Positions 35,848-47,001 of a DNA stretch of 64,000 nucleotides are shown in pieces. Below the pieces are notes generated by a model, which was given only the letters and a program-made list of their open reading frames with translations, was not told the DNA's origin and did not search any database. Made by a program: the position numbers and the translations under genes. Positions within the stretch are counted from its first letter, which is position 1; every line of letters starts with the position of its first letter. Source of the DNA: an uncultured Acidimicrobiia bacterium (GTDB taxonomy: Bacteria; Acidobacteriota; Terriglobia; Versatilivoradales; Versatilivoraceae); the NCBI GenBank assembly GCA_963786955.1, contig CAWBAT010000005.1, positions 736,001-800,000 of the forward strand, in the 5' to 3' direction.

Positions 35848-37173
35848 CTATTCATCCTCCTTAGCGGTAACCATGGGGTGGTCACTTTCCGCCCATCTCC
35901 GGTATTCGAAGGAACGTCTTCTTGACCAAAGCATGAGAGGAATCAATAACAGGCCACCGAGAGCCATAAAAAAATACGTCCAGCGGGGGACGTCCCGGTA
36001 CACCCGAATGGAATAGTTCATCTCCCGAACTTGTGCATCCGGCTCGATGCGCAAGTAGTAATGTCCAGAAGGCACGGCAGGGATAATTGCCTCATCGCTT
36101 GGGCTGCCTTCTTTCCATGATTCGCCCCCATCGTAACCGTGGTAATAGCTGACCTCCCGGCCAAAGTCGTAGGCATTGCCAGTCTCTTCGTTGATCAGGG
36201 CCAGATTGAGATAGATCCAACTGTTATCCACGTTTGCGCGGCTTTCAATAATTACGTTGGAAGGGCGGCCTGTCAGTTCAAAGATGTCGGTGACTCGCGC
36301 CTTCTCCACATCCGCCTGGTGAAAAGCAAAAGCGTTCTGATAGACGAGCCTATTTTGAGAGAGAAGTAAGAAAAGTATTTGGAGAAAAAGGAGCAAGAAG
36401 AATAAAACGCTCCAAACCTTCCATATTTTTCCAGATTGCTCTTCGAAAGGCGAGGGTTGATTGGGAGCGACTCCGACCTTGGGCGGAATCGGCGTTTTCA
36501 GTTGAAAACTGCTCCACACAGTTTCCGGCTCAGTGTAGTCACCGATCGACCAGGTAACTTCCTTGTCGGTAACCTCTTTGCTTAGGATGTGAGGAGGAGC
36601 AACATAATCATGGACAGTACAGGTTTCTCCCACGGCAACCTTCCAATAAAACTCTCCGACCACGTAGCTCACTTGGGCCACGCAGGACTGGAAATGAAGG
36701 AAGGATTCTCCAAGATAATTCACCGGCCCCGTCGCCACTGTGAAAGTTTCTTTAGGAACATTGGTTGTGGTCCTTACATAGTTCCAATGTCCGTTGTATT
36801 CGGTCAGCCATCGAAACCCTTTGTAGGGGTTAAACAGGAGATACTCACTCCACTCATATTCGACGCCTTCCACTTCAATCTTGCGGCGAAGGTAACCGAT
36901 GGCCTCAAAGGGTTCTCCGCGAAGCTTTCCGCGAGTACCCAGAGGAATCATCGGCTCATATTTGATTCGAGCTTGGTAGGTCTCTATGATCCGCAGGTTT
37001 TCATCCGTCAGATCGATGACGGAGCCGCAAGTTTCACAGACGATGGACTCGGTCTGCTGCATGCCTCGGACAGTCAGAGAGTTACCGCAGCCCGGACAGG
37101 CAAAGGCTTTGACTGAGGGCGCGGATGGAGGGGAAAGCGGTGGTTGCAAAGTCGAATCCAATTTACCATCCAT
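35848..37173 (-). CDS. DUF4178 domain protein with Zn-ribbon and two TM helices
   Basis: CPGCG..CETCG; WSEYLLFNPYKGFRWL; YVVGEFYW; YYHGYDGGESWKEG. Confidence 0.85.
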   Translation of the reverse strand: MDGKLDSTLQPPLSPPSAPSVKAFACPGCGNSLTVRGMQQTESIVCETCGSVIDLTDENLRIIETYQARIKYEPMIPLGTRGKLRGEPFEAIGYLRRKIEVEGVEYEWSEYLLFNPYKGFRWLTEYNGHWNYVRTTTNVPKETFTVATGPVNYLGESFLHFQSCVAQVSYVVGEFYWKVAVGETCTVHDYVAPPHILSKEVTDKEVTWSIGDYTEPETVWSSFQLKTPIPPKVGVAPNQPSPFEEQSGKIWKVWSVLFFLLLFLQILFLLLSQNRLVYQNAFAFHQADVEKARVTDIFELTGRPSNVIIESRANVDNSWIYLNLALINEETGNAYDFGREVSYYHGYDGGESWKEGSPSDEAIIPAVPSGHYYLRIEPDAQVREMNYSIRVYRDVPRWTYFFMALGGLLLIPLMLWSRRRSFEYRRWAESDHPMVTAKEDE

Positions 37174-37792
37174 CGAATGCTTTTAACCCAGAGAGTTGTA
37201 ACTCGTCGAATTCAACATACTCGCCCAGAAAAACCAATGGGCTTTCTTCGCTATAGTCAATCGTTGCAAAAGTATTGTCTTCACCCACTAAGTCGACCAC
37301 GGGCGCTTCATAGCCCGGGCCAACTTGAAAGGGCAACTCCCCTTCTCCAGCGATACAGAGGGCCTTTTGGATATCCCGAATCTCGTACCGCTTTCCATTC
37401 AATTGAAGCTTTTTACCGGGAGCAACGTCTACAAAGGCCGGGACTGTCTCAGGGACCTGCACTAGAAACGAAACGGCATAAGTCCCTTGGGCTTCACCGA
37501 GCCATCCGTCTCGCATATCGTCAAACAAGAGATGCCATTCGTTCCAAAGCCCTTGGTCATAGCGCAATTGAATTCGTCCCACCACTCCGAAATGGACATT
37601 TCGGTAAATGCCCTCGGCCCGCAGTTGTACAGGGGTTCCGTCAACCTGCAGCTGAGCCATCTTGCCGATGTCCTCTAAGTTGAGGTCATGACGAACCAAG
37701 GTGGAGTGGCAGTACTCGCAAATGGCCAAAATCGAAGCTGCCGATTGGAAGTGAATGGCCGCGCCGCACGAGGGACAATTCGAAGTCATCAT
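37163..37792 (-). CDS. DUF4178 domain protein with Zn-ribbon
   Basis: CPSCGA..CEYC; GRIQLRY..GLWNEW; EGELPF; TIDYSE. Confidence 0.85.
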   Translation of the reverse strand: MMTSNCPSCGAAIHFQSAASILAICEYCHSTLVRHDLNLEDIGKMAQLQVDGTPVQLRAEGIYRNVHFGVVGRIQLRYDQGLWNEWHLLFDDMRDGWLGEAQGTYAVSFLVQVPETVPAFVDVAPGKKLQLNGKRYEIRDIQKALCIAGEGELPFQVGPGYEAPVVDLVGEDNTFATIDYSEESPLVFLGEYVEFDELQLSGLKAFDGW

Positions 37793-37801
37793 TGAGCAAA
37801 C

Positions 37802-38170
37802 TCAAAGGGAGGATGTCTTCCCCTCCCTGTCGTAACAGCGGAGGTATTGCCGGACTTCGATGTCAGAGGCGCCGAGACGTGAAGATAGCGACGCCTTCCA
37901 GTCTATGGCTGGCCGGGGCCGGCAACAAAAGACATTCAAACAAACGGAAGAAAATTCCGGAAAAGAGTGAATCGTCAGATGCGACTCCTGCAAGAGCCAA
38001 ATTCCAGTAACCCCTCCATGCCCTGCAAATTGATGCCAAACTGGCTTGCCAATCGGGTTCAATCCCATCTCGCCAACGATTTGCTGGAAAAGCCCGCGCA
38101 ACTCGGTCAAGTCCTGCAAAGCCTCAGACCGGCACCCAAAAGCTTCAACCAACCACTCAACGCCACCCAA
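37802..38170 (-). CDS. speD: S-adenosylmethionine decarboxylase proenzyme
   Basis: HQF..HGGVTG..LLQESHLTIHSFPE containing the E|SH pyruvoyl cleavage site; NVFCC. Confidence 0.88.
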   Translation of the reverse strand: MGGVEWLVEAFGCRSEALQDLTELRGLFQQIVGEMGLNPIGKPVWHQFAGHGGVTGIWLLQESHLTIHSFPEFSSVCLNVFCCRPRPAIDWKASLSSRLGASDIEVRQYLRCYDREGKTSSL

Positions 38171-38229
38171 GCGATACTCCTTCCGTACTTAATACGAACA
38201 CAATAAATCGTGATATGTATCCAACCCAG

Positions 38230-38305
38230 ACCCCCCTCAAGTCCCCCCTTTTTTAAGGGGGGACAAAGTAGAGACTGCTCCACCCTTGCACATGCAAGGG
38301 GGGAC
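38230..38305. repeat. C/G-tract double-hairpin REP-like element
   Basis: GTCCCCCCTT-TTTT-AAGGGGGGAC and TCCACCCTTGCA-CA-TGCAAGGGGGGA. Confidence 0.6.
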
Positions 38306-38403
38306 ACTGGTTGGTGAAGAACGAATTCCTCATTGGGGGATTGAGCATCTCCTCGAAGTCTTGAAACCCATAAAACTCGCGAGACGCCTGTACTCCCAGA
38401 ACT

Positions 38404-39405
38404 TCAGATGAGTTTCTTGAGTAACTCTGCCTTTTTTACTTCGAACTCTTCTTTCGTAAGAACCCCTTTGCTCATCAAATCATGTAATTTCTCAAGCAGT
38501 GCCGTGACTTCGGCAGTCGCATCAGTCGGGAGCTTCGGGGGCTGCATGGCGCTGGCCATCGAGGTCGCCATGGTCTGGCCAATAGTTAACCCCGCACCCA
38601 GCCCGGCTCCAATCCCTGCCACTCCGCCTTCGTTACCCGCCGCAATCGGAATGCTCTGAGCCGTTTGATACTGCGTGAACTTGGACATGTCTCCGATCAA
38701 TCCCATTCCGATGCGTTGATCCAGAACCTTTTGCAATTCGTCCGGAAGAGAAACATTTTGGACTTGGAGCGTATCGAGTGCCAAGCCGATCCGCTTGAAT
38801 TCCTGATCGAGTTTCTGCTTCATCTGGTTGCCCAGTTCATCCTGATTGGCTGCCATATCCAAAAAGGGGATAGACGATTGGCCAAACAAATCGGAAATGG
38901 AGGCGACAATTGTATTGCGCAATTGCCCGTCCAGGTCTGAGACCATATATTGTTCACGTGTACCACTCACTTGCATGTGAAAGGCACGAGGATCGAAAAT
39001 CTTGTAGCTATAGATTCCAAAGGCCCTTAGCCGGACAGCCCCGAATTCCTTGTCTCGAATAGTGATGGGATTTGCCGTTCCCCATTTTTGGTTCAGCTGT
39101 AATCGCGTGCTGAAAAAATACAGATCCGACTTGAAGGGAGATTCGAAAAGCTTATCCCAATTCATCAGGTTGGTTAGGAGAGGCAGAGTCTGGGTTGTCA
39201 ACGTATACCTTCCAGGGGGGAAGACGTCGGCAATTCTCCCTTCATTGACAAAGACAGACATCTGAGATTCGCGAACCGTCAGCGAGCCTCCATATTGGAT
39301 TTCAAAGTCCTGCATCGGATAGCGATAGGACAGAATTCCTTCACTGTTCTCCGTCCATTGAATGACATCAATAAACTGTTTCTTAAGAAAATCTTTCAGG
39401 GCCAT
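38404..39405 (-). CDS. SPFH/band-7 domain protein (YdjI-like) with C-terminal SHOCT
   Basis: QFIDVIQW, LTVRESQ..VFVNEG, KWGT.NPI.IRD.EFG.VRLRAFG; LEKLHDLMSKGVLTKEEFEVKKAELL. Confidence 0.9.
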   Translation of the reverse strand: MALKDFLKKQFIDVIQWTENSEGILSYRYPMQDFEIQYGGSLTVRESQMSVFVNEGRIADVFPPGRYTLTTQTLPLLTNLMNWDKLFESPFKSDLYFFSTRLQLNQKWGTANPITIRDKEFGAVRLRAFGIYSYKIFDPRAFHMQVSGTREQYMVSDLDGQLRNTIVASISDLFGQSSIPFLDMAANQDELGNQMKQKLDQEFKRIGLALDTLQVQNVSLPDELQKVLDQRIGMGLIGDMSKFTQYQTAQSIPIAAGNEGGVAGIGAGLGAGLTIGQTMATSMASAMQPPKLPTDATAEVTALLEKLHDLMSKGVLTKEEFEVKKAELLKKLI

Positions 39406-39637
39406 CGAACCCCTCCTTTGCTGAGGTCACCACAGGCTTCGGTGAATGAAACGTACTTTAAGTGATATTTGTTCCCATTTCCAAATTCAATCTATCAGAC
39501 TACACTGCGGGATGAACATGCCAATGTATTTATCTTGGAAAATGCCTTCCTTGAAGTCTTGTACTTTCAACAGGCTTGGCTTTATAGCCCTTCCGAGCTA
39601 AGATTCAATCCTGACTCTGAAGCACTGGAGAGGAATT

Positions 39638-40021
39638 ATGTCGGAATCAGTAACACGCGGGATTCGCGTTATCGCAGAGGCGACTTATCAGCCTGAACGT
39701 TCCTCCGCTAAGGACCAACACTATTTTTTTAGTTATCAAATCACCATTAGGAACGAAGGTGAAGAGACCGTCCAATTACTCTCGCGGCACTGGAAAATTC
39801 ATGACGCCGACGGCAACCAGGAAGAGGTCACTGGGCAAGGGGTCGTCGGGGAACAGCCCATCATTGTTCCGGGCGAACAATTTACTTATTCTAGTTTTTG
39901 CCCCTTGAAGACGGAAGTGGGCTCTATGCGAGGAACTTATCAGATGGCCACAGAGGAGGGGGAAAAATTTGATGTCGTCATTGCGCCCTTTACTCTCGCC
40001 ACCCCCTATTCCATTCATTAG
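39638..40021 (+). CDS. apaG: ApaG protein
   Basis: YQITIRN, QLLSRHWKI, GQGVVGEQP, GSMRGTY. Confidence 0.95.
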   Translation: MSESVTRGIRVIAEATYQPERSSAKDQHYFFSYQITIRNEGEETVQLLSRHWKIHDADGNQEEVTGQGVVGEQPIIVPGEQFTYSSFCPLKTEVGSMRGTYQMATEEGEKFDVVIAPFTLATPYSIH

Positions 40022-40044
40022 ATCAATTCAAACGGAGTGTTGAT

Positions 40045-40919
40045 ATGCCTAAATTGAAGAACCTTATCTGGAGTCTTGCCCTGATGATCTGTTTGTGCCT
40101 ATTGGGCTGCGGAGGTCAGCCAACCAAGGAAACACCATCGCCCGCTCCTGCTCCTCCCCGTCAGAAAAAGCCCCTACTCCAGGGACTTCAGAGGAGCCGA
40201 GAAACCTGCAGCGCAACCGAGCCTGCAGCACCGACCGAAACCCCCGCCAAAGAGCCATCACTGAGTCAGCTCAAACAAAGAAACCCGGAACCAAACCGGG
40301 AGCTGAAACTGGCGCTCTTAAGCCGTCCCGGCCAAGCCAAAGGGACCTGCCCCAGAACTGTTTGACCCTTCCTTGGCAAAGGCAGTAGCCCCGCACAATA
40401 TAAGGTAAGGTTTGAGACCACAAAAGGAGATTTCGTCATCCAAGTCACGCGAGCCTGGGCGCCGCTCGGAGCGGACCGTTTCTACAATCTGGTGAAGGCC
40501 GGGTACTTCACCGATGTGGCCTTTTTCCGGGTCATCGAGGGATTCATGGCACAATTCGGGATCCACGGCGATCCAAAGGTCAGTGAAAAGTGGGAACCAG
40601 CCCACATCCAGGACGATCCGGTAAAAGAATCCAATGTGCGCGGGATGATTTCCTTTGCCACAGCGGGTCCAGGAACGCGAACCACCCAGCTATTCATCAA
40701 TTTTGGTGACAACAGCAAGTTGGATACGATGGGATTTTCGCCGTTCGGGAAAGTCATTGAAGGGATGTCAGTGGTGGACGCGCTCTATAAAGATTACGGA
40801 GAAGGTTACCCGAATGGCCGAGGTCCTTCACAAGGGCGAATTCAATCTGAAGGCAACACTACTTGAAGAGCGAATTTCCGAAATTGGATTACATTAAGCA
40901 GGCAACTTTTGTGAAGTAA
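40045..40919 (+). CDS. Cyclophilin-type peptidyl-prolyl isomerase, lipoprotein, frameshifted
   Basis: Lipobox LLGC; FFRVIEGFMAQFG, ISFATAGPGTRTTQLFIN, FGKVIEGM. Confidence 0.88.
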
Positions 40920-40971
40920 GGTCGAACCCTGAAGAACTGAGTTTCTTCGCGGGTGGACCCCAAAAAGATGG

Positions 40972-41030
40972 AAACGCCAAGAACGCTAAGATCGCCAAGT
41001 TTCCGCCGCTTTTCTTGGGCCTTGGCGTTT
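40972..41030. repeat. 9-bp CGCCAAG inverted-array element, copy B (minimal)
   Basis: AAACGCCAAG AACGCTAAG ATCGCCAAG ... CTTGGGC CTTGGCGTTT. Confidence 0.8.
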
Positions 41031-41065
41031 CGGTTTATTTACAACTAGGGACACAGGGCTGCGCC

Positions 41066-41661
41066 TTAACCGGGTTTGGAAGTGGCTTGTTCGATGAGCC
41101 TCCGGGTCGCCTCGTCGAGATCCAATTGCAGAGCCATTCGCGTGCCCCTTGGAGCTCATTTTTTTCCAGGTTTTTTGAATGATCTCGACGAGTTTAGCTT
41201 CTTCTGTTTTTTCAGAGAACTCGGCAAATTGGCTTTCTAGAAAGACTAGACAGAGGGCGTCCTCCAACACTTGTGTCTCAAGGTCATGTCGGATGTCTTG
41301 TTTCAAGTTAAGTTCCCGGACTCGTTGAACGATTTCTTCAGAATAATGGAGGGCCCGAAGTGTTTCCTCCGCTCGGGAGGCATGATATTGGGACAGCTTT
41401 TTGCGCCAGTTCAAATATCCAACCCTTCCGGGGGGAAAGTCGCTTCGCGGAATTTTCCACCGCTCCAGATGCTGGGAGCGGGCGGCCAGCCGCAGGGCCT
41501 CGGAGGCGTTGGGTTGGAGTTGCAATACCCAACGCGTCAGTTCCCGGGCATACCACAATTCTCTGGGATGCTCCTGTCCCTGAATTCGCAGAACGTTCGG
41601 GTCTTGTCGCATTCAAGTAATCAAAAGCCTGAATGGCTTGTTGAAAGAGATCTTCCTGCAT
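41066..41661 (-). CDS. DUF4202 domain protein, frameshifted
   Basis: AARSQHLERW.IPR..FP.GRVGYL.WR; LEDALCLVFL; KTWKKMS. Confidence 0.85.
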
Positions 41662-41740
41662 CGCTTCTATTCCTTTTTAATGAGACCCCTACTATGCTCT
41701 GCACTAATTCTCACCCCAGCACAAATATCCGGAGAAAACC

Positions 41741-44700
41741 ATGCGCATTAAACAATGATGCCTTTCATGCTACTCCTTCTTTTTGGAGGAACCAACACAC
41801 TTGCCCAGTCTGAAGCCCGATTACTGCGCTTTCCTGCGATTTATGACAATCAAATTGTCTTTAGTTACGCGGGGGACCTTTACGCTGTTTCTGCCACAGG
41901 CGGGACAGCCCGCAAACTGACCAGTGACAACGGGTATGAAATGTTTGCGCGTTTTTCGCCTGATGGCAAGACCATTGCCTTTCACCGGCCAATACGATGG
42001 GAATACCGAAGTTTATCTGATTCCAGCCGAAGGCGGAGTTCCCAAAAGACTCACGTTCACTGCGACACTAGAGCGGGATGACGTGGCGGATCGCATGGGG
42101 CCCAACAATATCGTCATGGGATGGAAAAATGACACCAGATTGTTTTTCGTTCCAAGAAAACTCAATTTAATGAATTCAAAGGACAATTACTGCTGGCGTC
42201 GATTGAGGGAGGGATTCCCGGAAGAACTGCCTTTACCTCGAGGCGGGTTCTGCTCGTTCTCCCCTGACCAAAATAAACTCGCCTACAACCGGATTTTCCG
42301 GGAATTTCGAACCTGGAAACGCTATCGCGGCGGACAGGCAGACGATATTTGGATTTACGATTTTCAAACCAAAACAACCACGAACCTGACCAATAATCCG
42401 GCCCAGGACATTATCCCAATGTGGAGTGGAAATAAGATCTACTTCCTCTCGGACCGCGATGAAAACAAGCGAATGAATCTCTACGTTTATGATCTGGGAA
42501 CCAAGAAAACCAGCGCTCTGACCCATTTTGTCGAATTTGACATCAAATTCCCGTCGCTGGGCAATCGAGCCATAGTTTTTGAGAATGGCGGATACTGTGT
42601 ATCGGATGGATCTATCGAGTGAAAAGGCCGAAAAGGTGCCCATCTTCATTCATGAAGACCTTGTCTGGAAGCGAGGTGGTCTGATCGATGTGAGCAAAGG
42701 GATTAGCAATTATGAGATCGCTCCCGATGGCAGTCGTGCGTTATTGGGTTCCCGAGGTGAGATTTTTACTACTCCCGGCAAAGTACGGCAATACACGGAA
42801 TCTGACAAACTCTTCCGGAATTCACGAACGGAATTCTAAGTGGTCTCCCGATGGCAAGTGGATCGCATACATCTCGGACGCTACCGGAGAAGAAGAGATT
42901 TACATCATGCCGCAGGATGGAAGTGGACCTGCCAAGCAATTGACCCACAACGGAGACACATACAAGTACAAGCTTCTCTGGTCACCCGACAGCAAGAAGA
43001 TCCTCTGGTCCGACAAGAAACTCCGCCTCCAGTACGTTGATATTGAGACTGAAAAAGTCACTCTGGCGGCGCAAGCCAAGGCATGGGAATTCGAGGACTT
43101 CAACTGGTCTCCAGACAGCCTGTGGATCACTTATGCCCAAATCGAAGAGGATAGACTCCCCACGGTCTCTATTTATTCCTTGGAAAAACAGCAGCGGATC
43201 GAAGTCACCGATGGCTGGTTCGCTTCAGGAGAACCAGCTTTCAGCTCGGATGGGAAATTCCTTTTCTTCGTTTCAAACCGGGATTTCAACCCAACCTATG
43301 GCCAGACGGATCGGGACTTCATTTATAGCGACTTGCAGAGAATCTATTTCGTCACCCTCGACCGCTCTACGAAATCTCCGTTCGAACCAAAAAGTGATGA
43401 GGTGAAAATCACCGAGAATGAACCGAAAGAATCATGCCGGAAAGGACAAAAAAAAGGAAGAGGAACAGAAGAAATCAGTGATTGTCAAAGTCGATGAGTC
43501 GGGGCTGAAGAGTCGAATTATTGAATTACCAGTTACTGCCTCTTCCTATCGAAATTTGGCGTCCGTGGGTGAGCGACTTTATTATGTTCGCAGCGGTAGC
43601 AAAGACGAGAAGCCCAAACTCCTGATGTTTGAATTAGACAAGCAAAAAGAGACCGAACTCGGTGAGGTCAATGGCTTTGAAGTTTCGGCGAATGGAAAAA
43701 AGATGATCGTAGGGCAGCAGGGTTCTTATGCCATCCTCGATGTTCCTAACTCCCGCCTGGATCTCAAAGAGCGTTTGAATTTGTCTGACATGAAAATGAA
43801 CCTGGATCGGTCTGCCGAATGGAGGCAGATCTACAATGAATGCTGGCGCCAGATGCGGGATTTCTTTTATGCGCCGAACATGAACGGAGTGAACTGGGCA
43901 GGAGTCCGGAAGACATATGAGCCTCTTTTAGAGCATGTGGGACACCGTGCCGATTTAGATTACGTCATTGGAGAAATGATTGGCGAGTTGAATGCTGGAC
44001 ATACTTATGTGGGCGGGGGCGATATGCCCAAAGTGGAGCGAATCAAAATGGGTTTACTGGGAGCCCGCATCGAACGAGACCCCGCTTCAAAATACTACCG
44101 GATCAGAAAAATTTTACCTGGCCAAAACTGGGACAAAAAAGTTCGTTCCCCTCTTTCGGAGGTGGGCGTAGACGCCCACGAGGGGGATTATATTCTGGCA
44201 ATCGACGGCAAGCCGACCAATTCCATGGTTGACATCTATGAATCTCTGGTAAGCACAGTCGATAAACAGGTTCGTTTGAAATTGAATGCTCAGGCGAAAG
44301 AAGAAGGGAGCCGGGAAGTGGTCGTGATCCCCATCAGCGATGAGCGACCTCTTTACTATTACGAGTGGGTAGAGAAGAACGTCGAAAAAGTCAGCAAAGC
44401 CACGGATGGGAAAGTCGGATACATTCATATCCCAAACATGAGGGTGGAAGGTCTCAATGAGTTTGCCAAATATTACTACCCTCAACTTCGGTAAGGAGGG
44501 ATTGATCCTCGATGTCCGGGGGAATGGTGGGGGCAACATCTCTCCGATGTTGATTGAGAAATTGCGCCGCGAAATCGCTCTATTTGGAGTGGCTCGGAAC
44601 ACAGCCATCGTCTATAACCCCAGCGGGCTGGTCCTCGGTCCAAAAGTCTGTCTCCTCGATGAATTTTCGGCTTCAGACGGAGATCTATTTCCTTACCGTT

Positions 44701-45017
44701 TCAGGATTCACAAACTGGGAAAACTGATTGGGAAACGCTCATGGGGCGGCGTCGTCGGGATTCGTGGAACGCTTCCGCTTGTCGACGGAGGATATTTGAA
44801 CCGTCCGGAATTTTCGGTTTTTGATCTGTCCGGGAAAGAATGGGTGATTGAGGGTCATGGCGTTGATCCGGATATCGTTGTGGATAACGATCCTGCCAAA
44901 GAATACGTTGGGATTGACGAACAACTCGACAAAGCCATTGCCGTCATCCTGGAAGAGATGAAGAAACAGCCCGTGAAACTGCCCACCCCTCCGCCTTATC
45001 CGGATAAGAGCAAGTGA
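41741..45017 (+). CDS. Tricorn-like S41 protease, frameshifted
   Basis: LLRFPAI, WKRYRGG, PD40 propellers, GELNAGH, PDZ, DVRGNGGG, SASDGD, RSWGGVVGI. Confidence 0.92.
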
Positions 45018-45035
45018 GCAGCCTGCCTGTCGTCT

Positions 45036-45142
45036 GGTAGCCACGATTGCCGTGTCTTCCGCGGCTATCGTGGGGTAATATCATCGAATCCCGTCCCAAC
45101 CCACGATTGAACTCCAAAAAGCCGAGTTCAATCGTGGCTACC
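45036..45142. repeat. GTAG-type REP doublet (REPIN-like)
   Basis: GGTAGCCACGATTG ... CAATCGTGGCTACC with internal hairpin CCACGATTGAACTC..GAGTTCAATCGTGG; lies between convergent genes. Confidence 0.8.
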
Positions 45143-45199
45143 TAATGGGACATAAGCCCCACCTTTGTGGCTCTCAGCTTCTGAAACTGTCAGGTATTA

Positions 45200-46536
45200 C
45201 TAATGTGAATCTTTTGGTTCAGGAAGACTCAACGCAACGGCGAGAGCAGGCAGAAAGAGGAAAGACGCATAGAACAGGGCAACGCGAAAACTGCCAACCT
45301 TGGAAAAAAGTCCGAAAAATACAGTGCCCAAAGCAGCCGCGATTCGTCCAATGTTATAACAGAACCCCGCTCCGGTCGTGCGCAGGAGAGTCGGGAAAAG
45401 AGGCGGGAGATACATCGTAAATAAGCCAAAGACACCTGAACAGAACCCAATCAAAGGCAGCCAGAGAAGGAGAGCAACGGTGGTCGCGCGGGACGCTATA
45501 GGCACCAAACATGGCCAGAAAAAAACACAGAACACAATAACGCAATACTCCTCCGGTATCCGAATAGGCTGGCAATCCATCCCGCAAAAAAATTTCCTCC
45601 CATCGAAGCCACGACGACGATGAAGAAAAACTTGCTCACCAGTTGCTCTCGATCATAGACCGTCCAGGTTGCCAATTCCGGAAGATTTCGCACATGCTGC
45701 TGGTTCCAGAACATGGAATGCCCACCAGGCGGTCAAGGAAAGAGAACAGACCAGGATCGTCTTGACAGTAATGGGGAGCACCTCCCCTCGAAAAAGCTCC
45801 ATAATCGAAGGTTCATGATGCTGCGCTTTGAGCTTTCGCGGCGTGCCACTCTGCCGGCTCAGGAACGGCTCGTCGAATCCAGAACACCAAAATGGCGGGA
45901 AGAATGCCGACGAAGAAAAACCCAGCGCGGATTCTGGTCCGCCATGACGTAAACGGTTACACACGCCAGCAACACGCCGATATTCACGCCGGTTTGAAGG
46001 ACGGCCGCAATCCAAGGACGCCACCGGCGCGGCCAGGTTTCCGACAAGAGAGCCGACCCAACGGCCCACTCGCCTCCAATTCCTAACGCCGCGAGGAAAC
46101 GAAAAATTAATAAATGCCACCAAGTCTGAGCAAAAGAAGAGAGGCCGGTAAAAATAGCATAGGTCAGAATCGTCAAGGAAAGCGCCCGGCTTCGTCCGAG
46201 AAGATCTCCGATTCGGCCAAAGAAACCGCCTCCCAAAGCCCATCCGATGAGGAAGGCTGCTTGAATCCAGGAACTGTACAGTTTGACCTTGGGGTCCGCG
46301 AAGCTATGCACCTGCAGCAACTGCATCACAAACGGGGCCGCCACGAGCGTGTAGAGATGCATGTCCAGTCCATCAAATAACCAGCCGAGCCAGGCTGCTG
46401 TGCCGGACTTCCATTGTTGGGAAGAGATTTCACTGAGACGAGTCGCTTCGGGGATCGTGGCCGGACGAGTCTCCTTTTCTACGAGCCTTCGATCTGGAGT
46501 CTCTCGCAAGAAATTTTCTGCCTCACGGTTTGCCAA
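45200..46536 (-). CDS. MFS transporter (sialate/aromatic acid-like), frameshifted
   Basis: WLGWLFDGLD, GRIGDLLGR, GIGGEW, LFPTLLRTTGAGFCYNIGR. Confidence 0.85.
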
Positions 46537-46725
46537 GTGACCCTCCGGGCTGATGATTTGATGGGATGGCGAGAAGTTCGAGTTGGAACGAGAAAACTAA
46601 CATTAACACAAACTCCTCATGAATATTCAATTCATCGGGCGGTGAGATGAAAAAAATTCAGAACTGATTACCCAACGAGACGGCACGAGAAATATCAAAA
46701 AACATGAGTAAGCTGGAAAGATTTG

Positions 46726-46860
46726 AACCGCTAAGATCGCCAAGAAAAGCAACGAAAACTCATCTCCAGTGAAATTTCATTCCTGCATATCCAAGAGTTC
46801 CCCAATGAAGCTTTAACCCCAATGTTTTTACTCTTGGCGCACTTGGCGTTCTTGGCGTTT
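46726..46860. repeat. 9-bp CGCCAAG inverted-array element, copy C (135 bp)
   Basis: AACCGCTAAG ATCGCCAAG ... CTTGGCGCA CTTGGCGTT CTTGGCGTTT. Confidence 0.85.
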
Positions 46861-46870
46861 CTGAATCTCT

Positions 46871-46979
46871 CTAGTACAAACTTGCAGAATTCTGTGTTGC
46901 AGTTGGCCCCGCTATTTAAGCCCGGGGTCAACGACCCCAGCTACAACAATTGCCGCGAATTTGTGCAATTTAGTACTAG
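46871..46979. repeat. 109-bp CTAG-ended REP/MITE-like element (copy 2)
   Basis: Colinear with 6738-6846 and the same length. Confidence 0.8.
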
Positions 46980-47001
46980 AACTCCCCTGCCAGGGCTTGA
47001 T

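Noticed and set aside
40972-41030. CGCCAAG elements as plain terminators
   Set aside because: No consistent U-tract, long variable spacers, and one copy lies inside an operon. An incidental terminator role is not excluded.
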